Source: Octopus vulgaris
Lineage: Eukaryota
Length of the DNA: 64,000 nt
Reading direction: 5' to 3'
Assembly: GCA_951406725.2 (NCBI GenBank)
Contig: OX597814.1
Coordinates: 35,898,001 to 35,962,000 of the forward strand
The notes below the pieces were generated by a model, which worked only from the letters and a program-made list of their open reading frames with translations, did not search any database and had not been told where the DNA came from. This document shows, in pieces, positions 63,030-64,000 of the stretch. The position numbers were made by a program, and so were the translations under genes. Position 1 is the stretch's first letter. Every line of letters starts with the position of its first letter.

Positions 63030-64000
63030 AGACTCGGCAAGCGCAAGTGAGACCATAACATTGTGGCCTATACCAGGGGTGTAACCAATCCATTTATGCG
63101 TGCCTTTCCTTCATTGGACACTAAACTCTGCTTGCGAAGACTTGTTGAAGCAAGTGAAATCGAAATTGAAATCAAATTCGAAGTGTGCTAGTGGAGCGCT
63201 AAGCGTACCATACAAGTGAGATCAGGGCCAGAGCAACAAGCTAGCCTCTGAGCCAATGGCCCGTTAAAAACACCATTTCAGCATGATCGTTACCTGTGTT
63301 GCCTTACTAGCACTTGTGCTGGTGGCACGTAAAAAAACATTCGAGTGAGGTCATTGCCAGTGCTGCTGGACTGGCTCCTGTGCAGGTGGCACGTAAAAAG
63401 CTGCCATGTTTGCACTGGATTAATGTTTTCATTGGGGGTGTTTCACCAGTATTCCTTATTCTTAAAGGTGTGAATATTGCTGGTTCTGTCATACCTTTAA
63501 TGAATACATCAGGGAAATCCTTCCTGCAGATAGTGTCGTAAATAGTCTGTACAACTATATCATGCCTCAGGAACAGGTAGAATCTCATAGTCATTTTGGT
63601 GCTGCTACTAATGATGTAGGTGATATCTTCCACACCGGTATAGCAGAGCCAACTTTTTTTTATCACAATGTGGAGGTTTGGCGGTGTCTTTACTCCTCTT
63701 GTTTATCAGGTATTTAGCAGATATACATTATGGTGTTAGGAAGGGTATCCAGCTGTAGAAAAACTGCCAGATCAGATTGGAGCCTGGTGCAGCCTCCAGG
63801 CTTCCCAGACCCTGGTTGAACTGTCCAACCCATGCTAGCACGGAAAACGGATGTTAAACGATGATGATGATGATGATGATGATTCTGTTCCTGGATAGAA
63901 AAAGCATATTCTTCTAGATGGGATATAATGTATCTATTGTAGGTCCATGAGAAGCTACAATGCTGTTGTTGCCCTCTAACTTACAGGCTATGCATTGCTT
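63030..64000. mobile_element. RTE 3'-UTR pieces (+ strand; 63030-63400 and 63732-63882) interleaved with a Dong/R4 relic (- strand)
   Basis: ggcacgtaaaaa modules and the ggaagggtatccagctg..(GAT)n end; the Dong relic gives WLCYTGVEDITYIISS, RHD and IQEQ. Confidence 0.75.

Overview
AT-rich, microsatellite-dense eukaryotic non-coding DNA. The repeat families resemble those of octopus (coleoid cephalopod) genomes; this is inferred from family resemblance only. No host protein-coding gene can be supported, and most long ORFs are translated microsatellites or transposon relics. The window is a nested stack of mobile elements: about 10 Dong/R4-clade LINE relics (best preserved 22973-25062, often in (TAA)n), RTE-clade 3' ends with (GAT)n tails, a CR1/L2-group 3' end, a Tx1/L1-like 3' end in (GATA)n, three tRNA-derived SINE groups (working names A, B, C), a maT/DD37D element, a pogo/Tigger relic, hAT, mariner and Merlin/MULE-like MITEs, and a non-autonomous Helitron. 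The most interesting object is at 60110-60552: a tRNA-headed element whose 3' part carries a Penelope-type minimal hammerhead ribozyme motif, with an inverted second copy of that end and an 11-bp target duplication. It is a candidate Penelope-mobilised, ribozyme-bearing SINE. Other highlights are SINE/LINE tail sharing with a covarying hairpin, modular SINE head/tail shuffling, a 560-bp non-coding element always found in (TAA)n, and a templated inverted insertion. Family names A-D are working labels, and the boundaries of degenerate relics are approximate.
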